A stretch of DNA of 64,000 nucleotides from Candidatus Magasanikiibacteriota bacterium (GCA_052034405.1 JBPOIO010000023.1:15340-79339), one strand, 5' to 3'; counted from the first letter of the stretch, positions 45,336 through 55,610 are shown. A program made the numbers and translations. The notes: a model not told the origin generated them from the sequence alone.

Positions 45336-45584
45336 ATGTTGCCACCCTTGACCACTGACCCAACTGAGGAGAATGTCGTGATTTTTCGCGTGAATTTGGA
45401 AGAGGCACGCCGTATGCGTGCAATGCTGGAGTGGTGGGATAAAAACCACCACAAGATGCACATCATCAAGCCGATCATCACAAACCACAACAACAACCAA
45501 GGGACGCTCGACGTCGAGCTCCCGATCTCGCCCGACGATTCGTGCGACCTCCTCCCCTCGGCCAGCGGCGAATTCCGCCTCTGA
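45336..45584 (+). CDS. Small GC-rich ORF (82 aa), possible horizontally acquired gene fragment or coding part of an sRNA-like unit
   Basis: GC3 about 80% in the 3' half (ATC ATC AAG CCG ATC ATC ... GAC GTC GAG CTC CCG). Start codon enclosed by 11-bp hairpin CAAGGGTGGCA (45291-45301) with TGCCACCCTTG (45339-45349). Tandem terminators downstream. Confidence 0.35.
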   Translation: MLPPLTTDPTEENVVIFRVNLEEARRMRAMLEWWDKNHHKMHIIKPIITNHNNNQGTLDVELPISPDDSCDLLPSASGEFRL

Positions 45585-45616
45585 GCAAAACACGGCGCCA
45601 CGCGCCCACGACAGCC

Positions 45617-45685
45617 CCCGTCCGCCCTCACTTCGAGGCGCGGACGGGACAAGAAAAAAGCAGCTTTTTCAAAGGCTGTTTTTTG
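45617..45685 (+). terminator. Tandem intrinsic terminators
   Basis: 13-bp GC stem CCCGTCCGCCCTC (45617-45629) with GAGGCGCGGACGGG (45635-45648). Then CAGC (45661-45664) with GCTG (45675-45678) plus TTTTTT. Confidence 0.55.
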
Positions 45686-45743
45686 TTGCCTTAGCTATAG
45701 AAAAATGATACACTTAGTGCGATAATTTTGATCTAAGTTTTTA

Positions 45744-47009
45744 TTGTTATTAATGAATTTTATGAATACTCAAAAAATCGCCCAGTTTGATCCCGAGCTC
45801 CAAGCCGCTATCACCCACGAATTGCAGCGTCAAGAATCTGGTCTTGAAATGATCCCATCGGAAAATTTTGTTTCTCTTCCCGTTCTCGAAGCACTTGGGA
45901 GTGTCCTCACCAACAAATATTCCGAAGGCTACATTGGCAAACGCTATTATGGTGGATGTGAATTTATTGATGTTGCAGAAGGCCTTGCTATTGACCGTGC
46001 CAAACGACTTTTTGGAGCAGAACATGTCAATGTACAACCACTCTCTGGTGCACCAGCCAATGTAGCCGTATATTTTGCCCTCCTTGAGCCAGGCGATACA
46101 ATTTTGGGAATGGATCTCTCTCATGGCGGACACCTCACCCACGGGCATCCTGTGACCTATATGGCCAAGGTATTCAACTTTATTCGATACAAAACAAACG
46201 CTGAGGGAAACATTGACCTCGACAATCTCCGTGCCATGGCACTTGAACACAAACCAAAAATGATTTTGGTTGGATATAGCGCCTATTCTCGTGAAATTGA
46301 TTATGCTGCAGTCAAAGCCATTGCCGATGAAGTTGGAGCTCTCACCATGGCAGATATTGCTCATATTGCAGGACTTATCGCTGGAGGCGAAATGAACAAT
46401 CCAGTGCCACTTTTTGATGTCGTCACCACAACCACCCACAAAACACTTCGTGGACCTCGTGGTGGTATGATCATGTGTAAAGAAAAACATGCCAAAGCAA
46501 TCGATAAAGCAGTTTTCCCAGGACTCCAAGGTGGCCCACACGAAAACAACATTGCAGCAAAAGCAATTGCCTTCAAAGAAGCACTCGAACCAGAATTCAA
46601 AACATATGCACGCCAAATTCGCCTCAATGCCAAGACACTCGAGCGTAAATTTCGTGAATACGACTACAAACTGATGTTTGGTGGCACTGACAATCACCTC
46701 CTGCTCATCGATGTCACTCCAAAAGGCATTACAGGAAAAGAAGCACAACATGCACTTGACCTTGCGGGTATTACCGTCAACAAAAATATGATTCCAGACG
46801 ATCCACGCTCCCCAATGGACCCAAGTGGTATTCGTCTTGGTACTCCAGCGCTCACCACTCGTGGCATGAAAGAATCTGAAATGGAAATAGTTGCGGATCT
46901 TATCAATCGCGTTATTATGAGTTTCAAAGACGAGAAAGTACTTGCAGAGGTTCGCGAAGAAGTACGCAGTCTCGCTGCAAAATTTCCTCTCTATCCTGAA
47001 CTTCACTAA
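45744..47009 (+). CDS. glyA: Serine hydroxymethyltransferase
   Basis: [26 protein letters not shown] (PLP-lysine). Confidence 0.9.
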   Translation: MLLMNFMNTQKIAQFDPELQAAITHELQRQESGLEMIPSENFVSLPVLEALGSVLTNKYSEGYIGKRYYGGCEFIDVAEGLAIDRAKRLFGAEHVNVQPLSGAPANVAVYFALLEPGDTILGMDLSHGGHLTHGHPVTYMAKVFNFIRYKTNAEGNIDLDNLRAMALEHKPKMILVGYSAYSREIDYAAVKAIADEVGALTMADIAHIAGLIAGGEMNNPVPLFDVVTTTTHKTLRGPRGGMIMCKEKHAKAIDKAVFPGLQGGPHENNIAAKAIAFKEALEPEFKTYARQIRLNAKTLERKFREYDYKLMFGGTDNHLLLIDVTPKGITGKEAQHALDLAGITVNKNMIPDDPRSPMDPSGIRLGTPALTTRGMKESEMEIVADLINRVIMSFKDEKVLAEVREEVRSLAAKFPLYPELH

Positions 47010-47012
47010 TCT

Positions 47013-48212
47013 ATGCTTCGCCATACAAAGCACAAAATTGCAACGCAGCACCAAAGTCCAGATGGCCGGGTATTTTCTTGGCTGTCACTTATTACAGCGA
47101 TCGGAAACGGAATATTTTTTACTATATTCCCTATCATTCTTTTGGATAAACTCAAAAATGAAAGCCTCGTTGGCTATTACTACTCGGCAATTGCTGTGGT
47201 TATTCTCTTTGCTTGTGTCTATAGCACCGTACTCTTTCAAAAATACTCACGTGTGCTTATTGCCAAAACAGCTCTTATTGGAACAGCGAGTGTACTATTT
47301 CTCATGACACTCCTTGAACAAGTATGGTCTCTTGCTGGTTTTGATATTATACGCAATATTAGTATTATCACCCTTGGAGTAGCACTAAGTATTTTTATTG
47401 ATGACTTTACAGAAAGAAAAAATCTTGCCAAAGCCGAAGGAAAGTTTTACATGTTCAATAACATTGGACTTTTGATCGGGCCAGTCATCGGAGGCTATAG
47501 CGCCAAATATTTTGGAGATTCATCTATATTTATTTTAGCTGGATTTTTTTATCTCATTGCACTCTTTGTTTTTTTGTACCAACATCTCTACCAAAAGAAT
47601 CCTCGTATCACTCATGGCAAACATGAGGAAGACATTCACGAATTGTTTCAAAATATAAAAACATTTTTTCAGAACAAAGAATTTCGTAAAGTTTTTATTC
47701 TTGCTTTTGGCCTCAACTACTGGTGGGCAGTAAGCTTGATTTATATTCCTCTTGAAATAAAAAATCTTGGCTTTGGAGATAATATTGTTGGTTGGATCGT
47801 TGCGGCCATGGCTATTCCACTTATTCTCTTTGAACGAAATACTGGACGAGTCGCTGATAAACGTGGCATCCGATTCCCTGCAACACTTGGATTTTCACTC
47901 CTCGTACTTTTTGTCCTCAGTTTTCCACTCTTGTACTTCAAACCAATCCTTGCACTTATTGCCTTTGCGATAGTAAATTTTGGTGCAGCATGGGTTGAAC
48001 CACTCCAAGAAACATATTTTTTCAAAGTTGCAAAAAAAGAAGAGCGTGAAAAGCTCTATGGAATCTATAATGCAGCACAACCATTTTCATCTATTGTGAG
48101 TCCCTTTATAGGAGGTTTTCTCTACTTTCTTGGTGGATCCAAAGGACTTTGGCTTGGTACAGCAGGCTTTTTGCTTTTGTTTGTCTATAACGCACTACGC
48201 ATCAAAAAATAA
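47013..48212 (+). CDS. MFS transporter
   Basis: 12 predicted TM helices. 399 aa. Confidence 0.75.
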   Translation: MLRHTKHKIATQHQSPDGRVFSWLSLITAIGNGIFFTIFPIILLDKLKNESLVGYYYSAIAVVILFACVYSTVLFQKYSRVLIAKTALIGTASVLFLMTLLEQVWSLAGFDIIRNISIITLGVALSIFIDDFTERKNLAKAEGKFYMFNNIGLLIGPVIGGYSAKYFGDSSIFILAGFFYLIALFVFLYQHLYQKNPRITHGKHEEDIHELFQNIKTFFQNKEFRKVFILAFGLNYWWAVSLIYIPLEIKNLGFGDNIVGWIVAAMAIPLILFERNTGRVADKRGIRFPATLGFSLLVLFVLSFPLLYFKPILALIAFAIVNFGAAWVEPLQETYFFKVAKKEEREKLYGIYNAAQPFSSIVSPFIGGFLYFLGGSKGLWLGTAGFLLLFVYNALRIKK

Positions 48213-48216
48213 ATAC

Positions 48217-49443
48217 TTACTTCTTCAAATAGTCCCGTCCTTTGAGTTCAGGTGGAAAATAGTCCTGCTCCACAGGGCCATCAAAATCAGGGTTATATTT
48301 ATAGCCCTTACCATAATCAAGTTCCTTCATAAATTTGGTCGGAGCATTGCGTATATGCAATGGCACCCCGAGATGTGAAGTCGTCTTGGCATCATCCGAG
48401 GCTTTTTTGTATCCAGTATACAAAATATTTGACTTTGCAGACTTTGCACAGTATACCACAGCCTGGGCCAGATTTACTGCACATTCTGGCATACCAATCT
48501 TGTGCGTTGCATCATAAGCTGCGTTTGACTGAATCAAAGCCTCACTATTGGCCATACCAATATCTTCACTTGCGAATCGTATCACACGACGTGCCACATA
48601 AAGCGGATCCACTCCCCCTTCAAGCATCCTCGCAAGCCAATAGAGTGCCGCATTGGCATCACCTCCACGCATAGACTTGTGAAGAGCAGAAATAATATTA
48701 TAAAACTCTTCACCCTTGTTATCAAAAACCAAATGACTTCGCTGCAGTGCTTCTTTGATATCTTCTTTTTGCAAAATTATTTTTGTATTTTTTCCATATG
48801 CTGCAACAGCAAGTTCAAGTCCATTGAGGGCACGACGCGCATCACCACCAGAAAGGTTCGCCAAAAGTTCCAATATTTCGTCACTGATTTCAATCTCTCG
48901 ATTCCCCAATCCAAATTCTTTATTAGACAAAGCTCGTTTCAAAAGCGTTACAATATCCTGCACTTCCAAATTTTTTAATACAAAAACCTGTGAGCGTGAA
49001 AGCAAAGCGTTGATCACTTCAAAAGACGGATTTTCTGTTGTCGCGCCAATCAGGGTCAGTGTTCCATTTTCTACATATGGGAGCAATGCATCTTGCTGTG
49101 ATTTACTCCAACGATGAATCTCGTCAATAAACAAAATTGTTTTTTGACCTTTTTGAAGTAATACTTCAGCTTCTTTTATAATTTTTACAAGTTCTGCTTT
49201 TCCACTCGAAACTGCCGAAATTTGTACAAAAAAAGACCCTGTTTGCGCAGCAATAATACTTGCAAGCGTTGTTTTTCCTACCCCTGGAGGTCCCCAAAAA
49301 ATAAGAGAACGAACTTGATCTGTTTCAATAAGTTTTCGTAGCAGTGCACCTTCGCCGACAATGTCAACTTGACCAACAAAATCATTGAGGCTTTTTGGTC
49401 TCATCTTGTCCGCGAGTGGGATGTGTGTAAGATTCAAAGTCAT
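48217..49443 (-). CDS. rarA: Replication-associated recombination protein A (RarA/MgsA, AAA+ ATPase)
   Basis: GPPGVGKTTLA Walker A. ILFIDEIHRWSKSQQDALL. C-terminal MgsA domain. Start trimmed to 49443 to avoid overlap with the PLD gene. Confidence 0.85.
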   Translation of the reverse strand: MTLNLTHIPLADKMRPKSLNDFVGQVDIVGEGALLRKLIETDQVRSLIFWGPPGVGKTTLASIIAAQTGSFFVQISAVSSGKAELVKIIKEAEVLLQKGQKTILFIDEIHRWSKSQQDALLPYVENGTLTLIGATTENPSFEVINALLSRSQVFVLKNLEVQDIVTLLKRALSNKEFGLGNREIEISDEILELLANLSGGDARRALNGLELAVAAYGKNTKIILQKEDIKEALQRSHLVFDNKGEEFYNIISALHKSMRGGDANAALYWLARMLEGGVDPLYVARRVIRFASEDIGMANSEALIQSNAAYDATHKIGMPECAVNLAQAVVYCAKSAKSNILYTGYKKASDDAKTTSHLGVPLHIRNAPTKFMKELDYGKGYKYNPDFDGPVEQDYFPPELKGRDYLKK

Positions 49444-50614
49444 AATTATTTTCAAGTTTTGCCTTTCGAAACCAAATAGTATAGAGCTTGTAGGCAAACC
49501 ATTCTTTGAGTTTATGCCACCAACTTCGTTTATCCCAATGAACCGTATCAAGGTCATCCGAATCTTTGAGCCATTCTTCAAGTTTTGTTTTGAGTCGTTT
49601 TACAAAATCTGGATCTTTGATCAAAATATTTGCTTCATAACAATCATAAAAACTTGTATGATCGAGATTACTACTTCCAACCATAGCAAAATCATCATCA
49701 ATCACTACACCTTTTCCATGCATCATTTGTTTGGTCAAGTGAATTTTGACACCAAATTTTTTCATGAGTGCAAACAAAAAATACGACGCGTAGGTCACAA
49801 TACGCAAGTCATTTCGAAAGGGAATGAGTAAATCAATACGAATTCCCCTGCGTCGTGCTGCCCACAATGCCTTCAAAAATTCTTTGTCGGGGAAATAATA
49901 GGGCGAAAAAAGTATAATTCGTTCACGTGCTTTGATAAAACCTTCGGTATATTTTTCACGTACATGTGAAGCAGAGCTTGATGGATCATCATAAATAAAA
50001 TCCACCCCATCCTCGCGTACTCGAAAATGATACTTGAGCAAATGATCGACATTTTTTTTGTCACCACCACAAATAATATACATCTTGGCAAAAGAACGTA
50101 ACAGTGATCGGACAACTTTTCCCTCCACCTTTACATGAAGATCCAACCAATCTTCCATACGTTTTTGAACATTCACTCCGCCAATAAATCCAATATGTTC
50201 GTCAACAACCAAAATTTTCCGATGAGTTCTTGACCAAAGACGTTTCCACCAACCACGATATTTCTTTTTGCGTTTATGAAAAAACAAAAGATCTACTCCA
50301 GAAGCTTTGAGCGATTCAACACGAGATTTGGAAAACCAAAAAGTCCCCAGCGAATCAATAATAAGTATCACCTTCACTCCTTCACGAGCTTTTTGCTCCA
50401 AAATATCAAAAAATGGATGTCCCGCTTCGTCATCTGCAAAAGTAAAAACCTCCCAATAAATAGACTTTTTTGCCTCAAGAATAGCCTTTTTCATGGCCCC
50501 CCAGGCTTCTTGGGTACTGCTATAAATATCGTAGACTGACTTGGTCATACGGGCAGAGAAAATAAAAAAGTAGAATGATAATTCTACTTTACTCCAGACA
50601 TAAATTTTTTTCAA
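49382..50614 (-). CDS. Phospholipase D family protein (cardiolipin synthase-like)
   Basis: Two HKD motifs (HRKILVVDEHIGFIGGVN and HGKGVVIDDDFAMVGSSNLD). Alternative start 50548. Confidence 0.75.
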   Translation of the reverse strand: MKKIYVWSKVELSFYFFIFSARMTKSVYDIYSSTQEAWGAMKKAILEAKKSIYWEVFTFADDEAGHPFFDILEQKAREGVKVILIIDSLGTFWFSKSRVESLKASGVDLLFFHKRKKKYRGWWKRLWSRTHRKILVVDEHIGFIGGVNVQKRMEDWLDLHVKVEGKVVRSLLRSFAKMYIICGGDKKNVDHLLKYHFRVREDGVDFIYDDPSSSASHVREKYTEGFIKARERIILFSPYYFPDKEFLKALWAARRRGIRIDLLIPFRNDLRIVTYASYFLFALMKKFGVKIHLTKQMMHGKGVVIDDDFAMVGSSNLDHTSFYDCYEANILIKDPDFVKRLKTKLEEWLKDSDDLDTVHWDKRSWWHKLKEWFAYKLYTIWFRKAKLENNYDFESYTHPTRGQDETKKPQ

Positions 50615-50620
50615 GAGATA

Positions 50621-51310
50621 CTATTCAATAATCGTTCCATCAAACTTCTTTCCCGAAAGTGCGGCCTCAAGAGTCTTGAGATTCCGACCATCAACAAAAA
50701 ATACCTTCAAGCCCAATTTTCTTGCAAGTTTACTTGCCATTGGGTCAAAGGGTGTATTCATGCCTGGTTTTCGTTCTTTTGGAATAACATTATCACAAAA
50801 ATATTTCCAGTCTGTACGTTCAATCTTCACTGCATCTTTGAACTGATTTGGATCTTTGTCATAAACATAGGAAATATTTGACAAATTGCACACTTCTTTC
50901 ACCCCATAGGTCTCGGCCAACTTCACAGCACTATGGTCAGTCGTAAACCCTGGTTTCCAGCCAGCTGCAATAATAAGAGATTTATTTGTTTTTACTTTCA
51001 CTCGTGGATCCATCACAATATGTGGATAAGCAAGATCTCCAAAAAGTGCATGCACAAAACGTGCATTGGTATAGGTCACTGCAATTCCCAGCCAATCGAG
51101 CTCTTCCTCCGTCATTTTTACTACTTCCGATGCTGCATTTTGATACTGACGGCAGGTTGCTCCACCACCAATAACAATAATAAATTTTTCACCGCGTTTG
51201 ATACGTTTCAAAAGCATTGCTCGAAATCCTCGAAGAAATTCAATATCAAAACCAGTCTTCGGAATAATAATAGAACCACCAACAGACAAAACTTTGAAAT
51301 TATTTTTCAT
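50621..51310 (-). CDS. pyrH: UMP kinase
   Basis: Amino-acid kinase fold (KVLSVGGSII, IVIGGGATCR). Synteny with frr. Confidence 0.85.
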   Translation of the reverse strand: MKNNFKVLSVGGSIIIPKTGFDIEFLRGFRAMLLKRIKRGEKFIIVIGGGATCRQYQNAASEVVKMTEEELDWLGIAVTYTNARFVHALFGDLAYPHIVMDPRVKVKTNKSLIIAAGWKPGFTTDHSAVKLAETYGVKEVCNLSNISYVYDKDPNQFKDAVKIERTDWKYFCDNVIPKERKPGMNTPFDPMASKLARKLGLKVFFVDGRNLKTLEAALSGKKFDGTIIE

Positions 51311-51319
51311 GGTGTATAT

Positions 51320-51487
51320 TTAGTGAGAAAAAGGACTTGGATGTGCTCGAAATTTTTTATTTGTTGCCTTTATATGTACATGAGCATTTTGACTTTTCAA
51401 AAGTTCGGGTCGATTTGATTTGAAAGTGCTTGGAGTTCTATAGGCAGTTTTGCCTTTTCCAGCACGACTTGAGGCATGATTTTTCAT
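51320..51487 (-). CDS. Possible small basic protein, 55 aa (MKNHASSRAGKGKTAYRTPSTFKSNRPELLKSQNAHVHIKATNKKFRAHPSPFSH)
   Basis: Read directly (under 60 aa). Lys/Arg-rich. Fills the gap between the holin-like gene and pyrH. Confidence 0.25.
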   Translation of the reverse strand: MKNHASSRAGKGKTAYRTPSTFKSNRPELLKSQNAHVHIKATNKKFRAHPSPFSH

Positions 51488-51499
51488 ATGTAAATAGAG

Positions 51500-51853
51500 C
51501 TAAATATTCTGAGAATTTTTTTTGAAAATACTATGAACCAATATATTCACAAAACTCATAATCAGCGCTCCAAAAAATGCTGCTTGAAAACCACTTACAT
51601 CAAAACCTTTGACAATAGTTCCTGCGAATTTAAATAGAATAGCATTGATAATCAACGTAAAAAGTCCAAGTGTCAAAATATTAACCGGTAATGTCAATAT
51701 CACCAAAATTGGCTTCAAAATAATATTTATAAGGCCAAGGACAAGGGCTGCAACAAAGGCCGCATACCAACCACTCACATGAATACCCGAAACATACTGT
51801 GAAATGATAAGAAGCGTTGCAGCATTCAAAATCCACCGTAAAAATATATTCAT
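51500..51853 (-). CDS. Phage_holin_4_2 / DUF360-family 4-TM membrane protein
   Basis: GWYAAFVAALVLGLINIILKPILVILTLPVNILTLGLFTLIINAILFKFAG matches this family. Confidence 0.55.
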   Translation of the reverse strand: MNIFLRWILNAATLLIISQYVSGIHVSGWYAAFVAALVLGLINIILKPILVILTLPVNILTLGLFTLIINAILFKFAGTIVKGFDVSGFQAAFFGALIMSFVNILVHSIFKKNSQNI

Positions 51854-51908
51854 AAGAAAATATTATTAATAATTTTAAAGAAAGCACCTCATCGGTGCCT
51901 TCTAAAAA

Positions 51909-52463
51909 TTAAATCGTTTGAATTTCAGTTTCTTTTTCTTCTCCAATACGTTTGATATGATCATTTTGATCACGAACCATACGTTCAAGTTCATCCTGAA
52001 GTGAAAACTTTTCATCTTCGGCGAGTTCTTTTTCTTTGTAGGCTTTATCAATCACAGAACGAACATCTTCACGAACCTGACGAAGTGCGATACGACCTGC
52101 TTCGAGTTTTTGGTGCAAAACTTTGATAAGATCAGCGCGTCTTTCGTGAGTCAAATCTGGAAGAGAAAGACGAATCAATTTTCCATCGTTTACTGGGTTA
52201 ATTCCAAGTGGAGAATTTCGAAGACCTATTTCTACTACCTGCATCAAACCTTTGTCCCAAGGGTCAATATTGAGTGTTTTGGCATCAGCCACAGAAATAG
52301 ATGCTACGGCTTTGAGAGGTTGTCTTCCTCCATAGGCTTCAATAGGAATATCCTCAACAATAGCAGGAGTAGCACGACCTGTACGAAGTGAACTAATATC
52401 TGTTTTGAGGTGTTCTACAACAGCTGAAAATTCTCCTTTGTGCATTTCTAGAATTTGGTGCAT
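51909..52463 (-). CDS. frr: Ribosome recycling factor
   Basis: 184 aa. RTGRATPAIVEDIPIEAYGG...PLTHERRADLIK. Confidence 0.9.
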   Translation of the reverse strand: MHQILEMHKGEFSAVVEHLKTDISSLRTGRATPAIVEDIPIEAYGGRQPLKAVASISVADAKTLNIDPWDKGLMQVVEIGLRNSPLGINPVNDGKLIRLSLPDLTHERRADLIKVLHQKLEAGRIALRQVREDVRSVIDKAYKEKELAEDEKFSLQDELERMVRDQNDHIKRIGEEKETEIQTI

Positions 52464-52483
52464 ATTCAGTAAATATTAATTAT

Positions 52484-53563
52484 TTATTGCTTTGGGGGTA
52501 CCGTAAAGCCGATATACAGTATATTATCTTGTTCTGGGTGAATCAAGAGGGCTGTAGGGATCTGGTCTGTTGGTAATTTCTTTGTAATCCAGTTTATACC
52601 ACCATCTATGGTTTTATACAAGACCGAGCGATTTTCGATAGTACCGGTATAATACATTTCTCGGTCGTTTTTTGGATTAATAGCAAAGGCATAAATTTTG
52701 ATCGTACCAGGGGCATTGAGGGTGTTCATAGCTTCCCAGGTATCTCCACGGTCAGATGAAGACAAAATACCATAGCTTGAAATCCAATATACCTGGCCTT
52801 CTTTGGTTGGACTGATTATAAATTTACGAAATTCCACAGCACCACTGAATTTTTTCAAAGCTTTGAGACTACTCGTCCATGTTTTTCCTCCGTCATCACT
52901 GCGATACAAACCAGCATCACTCGTAGCAACATACAAAACGCCTTCTTTGTAAGGATCTACATAAAAAGATAAAACTGAAGTTTTGAAACGTTTCAAAAGT
53001 TGTGTACTAATACCGGTATCGTTACTTACGAGCAAATCTCCTTTTGATTTCAAAATATACACGCGACCTGGTGAAAATGGATCAGTAGATACATTCACGA
53101 TACGGTCATTTGAGGGTTCACGATAAATTTCACTCCAACTTCGATTACAATCCGTACTTTCAAATAACTTTGTACCATCAGTAGCATACAAAATACATTT
53201 GTCTTTTGGATTGATAGCAATACTATAGATAAATCCACTGTTCAATGGCTCAGGAGAAAGCTGCCAAGTTTTACCAGAATCATAGGAATAGAACATTCCA
53301 TTTCCACGAGATCCCCAATACAGGGTATTTGGTGCTTGTGGGTCATTTAAAAGTTTGTATACACTCACTTTTGAAAGACTTGTCGCAGCTCCAGGACCTG
53401 GCAAAATAGAAATAGATTTCCATGTTTCGGCTTTGTCAGTCGAAACAAAAACTCCAGCCGGCCCAACACTCGTTGGAGTATCACTTGAAAATGGTGAACA
53501 TCCAGCTCCTAAAAGAAGGAGTCCTGCTACAGCAGCAAGCCCCCAAGAGAGGTTTTTCTTCAT
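52484..53563 (-). CDS. Lipoprotein with BNR/Asp-box repeats (beta-propeller, Ycf48-like)
   Basis: Signal peptide with lipobox LLGAGCS. Repeated S-x-D-x-G-x-T-W motifs (YDSGKTWQ, SDDGGKTWT, SDRGDTWE, DGGINWI). Confidence 0.6.
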   Translation of the reverse strand: MKKNLSWGLAAVAGLLLLGAGCSPFSSDTPTSVGPAGVFVSTDKAETWKSISILPGPGAATSLSKVSVYKLLNDPQAPNTLYWGSRGNGMFYSYDSGKTWQLSPEPLNSGFIYSIAINPKDKCILYATDGTKLFESTDCNRSWSEIYREPSNDRIVNVSTDPFSPGRVYILKSKGDLLVSNDTGISTQLLKRFKTSVLSFYVDPYKEGVLYVATSDAGLYRSDDGGKTWTSSLKALKKFSGAVEFRKFIISPTKEGQVYWISSYGILSSSDRGDTWEAMNTLNAPGTIKIYAFAINPKNDREMYYTGTIENRSVLYKTIDGGINWITKKLPTDQIPTALLIHPEQDNILYIGFTVPPKQ

Positions 53564-53578
53564 AAAAAAAGTTAAATA

Positions 53579-54487
53579 TTATGGAATTGAAAGAAGTAAA
53601 TTTTCCATTACGAGTCTTGGATGAATATTTTGCCCAAGCCTTGCAATAGTTTCCTCTATAATATCATACAATGCCACAAGTGTACCAGAGGAACACTGGG
53701 GAAAGCTTTGTTCCGATCGTAGTAAAGTATCCAAAGAGGCTTCCCAAATCTGCAAAATATCTTTGAGTTCTTCACGTCCTTCAATATGTGCCTTTTTATC
53801 CCCAAAGAGTGGTTCAACTATAGCAAGTTTTTCAAAAAATGCTTTATGAAACAGTGAAAAAAATCTTTCAACTTCTTTTTTGTATATTTCAAAAGTTTCT
53901 GGATTTTCAATCCAAGTGAGCGCAAGTCCAGGCAATCCTCTTGAAGACTCCACTATTTCTGGCAGATTTTTTTCTTGAGGAAAAAGTCCCTGAAGTTCTG
54001 TCAGCAATTTTTCTTTTGGTACTGACAAAAGTTGTATTGTCTGCACACGAGAGCGAATTGTCGATACTATTTTTTCTTCGTTATTTGTCAACAAAAAAAA
54101 GAGAGTTGGAGTTGTTGGTTCTTCAAGTGTTTTGAGTAGTGAGTTTGCAGCATAGGCATTCATTTTTTCTGCATCTGGAATCAAAACAATGTTATATTTT
54201 CCAGCAATTGGTGAACGTGCTGCTTTACTCAAAACGAACTGGATATGCTCCACCATAATATCACGTTTCAACTTTCCATCTTCGTCAACCCGTTCTAGCT
54301 CCAAAAAATCTGGATGAATGGCAAGTTTTTCAAGTGCAATTTCAAAAATATTCGCAATAATTTGTTTTGCCAAAGTTGTTTTGCCAACATGTTCTGGTCC
54401 TACAAAAAGATAGGCATGGTGCATGCTCTTGTTTTTTTGCAATGTTTCAAAATAGCTCAGTTGTTTGCTGTGGCCAATAATTTGCAT
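53579..54487 (-). CDS. holB: DNA polymerase III delta-prime subunit (clamp loader)
   Basis: HAYLFVGPEHVGKTTLA. SRC-like TIRSRVQTIQL. Start at 54487, 4 nt after GT4 stop. Confidence 0.75.
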   Translation of the reverse strand: MQIIGHSKQLSYFETLQKNKSMHHAYLFVGPEHVGKTTLAKQIIANIFEIALEKLAIHPDFLELERVDEDGKLKRDIMVEHIQFVLSKAARSPIAGKYNIVLIPDAEKMNAYAANSLLKTLEEPTTPTLFFLLTNNEEKIVSTIRSRVQTIQLLSVPKEKLLTELQGLFPQEKNLPEIVESSRGLPGLALTWIENPETFEIYKKEVERFFSLFHKAFFEKLAIVEPLFGDKKAHIEGREELKDILQIWEASLDTLLRSEQSFPQCSSGTLVALYDIIEETIARLGQNIHPRLVMENLLLSIP

Positions 54488-54491
54488 AAGT

Positions 54492-55607
54492 TTAGAATGA
54501 TAAAAGAATCTGCACTGTTTCACGAGCACACTTCTCCCAAGAAAAATCTTGTACACGAATACGACCTTTTTCAATAAGTTTTTGTCTCAAATCTGCGTTT
54601 GTACACAATGTTTGCATCGCGTCAGCAATGTCTTCAATATCTTGAGGTTCTACCAGTATGGCGGCATCCCCTGCTATTTCTTCGGTACTGGTATTTTTTG
54701 AAGTTATGAGCGGTACTCCTGCTGCAAATGCCTCGAGTACTGGAATTCCAAACCCTTCGTAAAGCGTCGGAAAGACAAAAACTTCAGCTGCTTGAAAAAT
54801 CGCAGAAATATCTGCTTGCTCAACATATCCTGGGTGAATAATATCTTTTGCAAATTTGCTTGTATGTATTGCTGCTTCAACTTTTTCTCCTCCATATCCA
54901 GGTTTTCCAATGAGGACAAGTTGCATTTCATCGTGATGATAAGACTGTCGAAGCCTTTCAAAAGCTCGAATAGTAGCAACATTATTTTTCTTTTCTTCAA
55001 GACGTCCAACAGAGAGTAAAAATGGTTTTTTGATCTTGTATTTTTTGAGTGTTTCTACAATTTCTGTTTCAGATTTTTGCTCTGTAAATTTTTGATCAAA
55101 TCCATGATTCACGAGCACAATATTTTTTTGATCGCTGTCTATCAAAGCTTTGAGTTCGTTCTTTGTAAAAATACTTGGGACAATCACACGCCACAATTTT
55201 TTTACTGCATATTTGGCACTCCACAAACTATACCAACGTTCAAAAAAATTATAACTTTTGGGAAATCGCAGTGCAGCTACATCGTGAACTGTCATCACAG
55301 TTTTGCGAGGGTGAATCAATGGAAAAACGTGAGCCGGCACAAACAATACGTCAGGAGCATGAAACAGCATCTCGTAACTCATACGAATTTGTGTCCAAAA
55401 TCTTCGTGGGGGCCAGCGCAATACTTTACTTGACCAATTTACCGGTAACTTCGCCAAATCCCCTTCCAATGGTTTTTCGGAATACAAAACAACATTCACA
55501 CTCTCAGGGACAATTTTTTTCATCTCTTCAATCAAAAAAAAGGCGTACCATTCAACGCCTGTTTTTTGTGCATTATTTGCTCGTGATGCATCAATACCTA
55601 TTATCAT
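54492..55607 (-). CDS. Glycosyltransferase family 4
   Basis: GT4 C-terminal E-x7-E region (FPTLYEGFGIPVLEAFAAGVPLI). Confidence 0.75.
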   Translation of the reverse strand: MIIGIDASRANNAQKTGVEWYAFFLIEEMKKIVPESVNVVLYSEKPLEGDLAKLPVNWSSKVLRWPPRRFWTQIRMSYEMLFHAPDVLFVPAHVFPLIHPRKTVMTVHDVAALRFPKSYNFFERWYSLWSAKYAVKKLWRVIVPSIFTKNELKALIDSDQKNIVLVNHGFDQKFTEQKSETEIVETLKKYKIKKPFLLSVGRLEEKKNNVATIRAFERLRQSYHHDEMQLVLIGKPGYGGEKVEAAIHTSKFAKDIIHPGYVEQADISAIFQAAEVFVFPTLYEGFGIPVLEAFAAGVPLITSKNTSTEEIAGDAAILVEPQDIEDIADAMQTLCTNADLRQKLIEKGRIRVQDFSWEKCARETVQILLSF

Positions 55608-55610
55608 AGC

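Noticed and set aside
45209-45708. Minus-strand 147-aa ORF (45209..45652) and low-complexity plus ORF (45418..45708) in the GC-rich patch
   Set aside because: Both overlap the GC3-biased plus ORF and the promoter/terminator architecture points to plus-strand transcription. The 45418 frame is Ser/Thr/Arg low-complexity.
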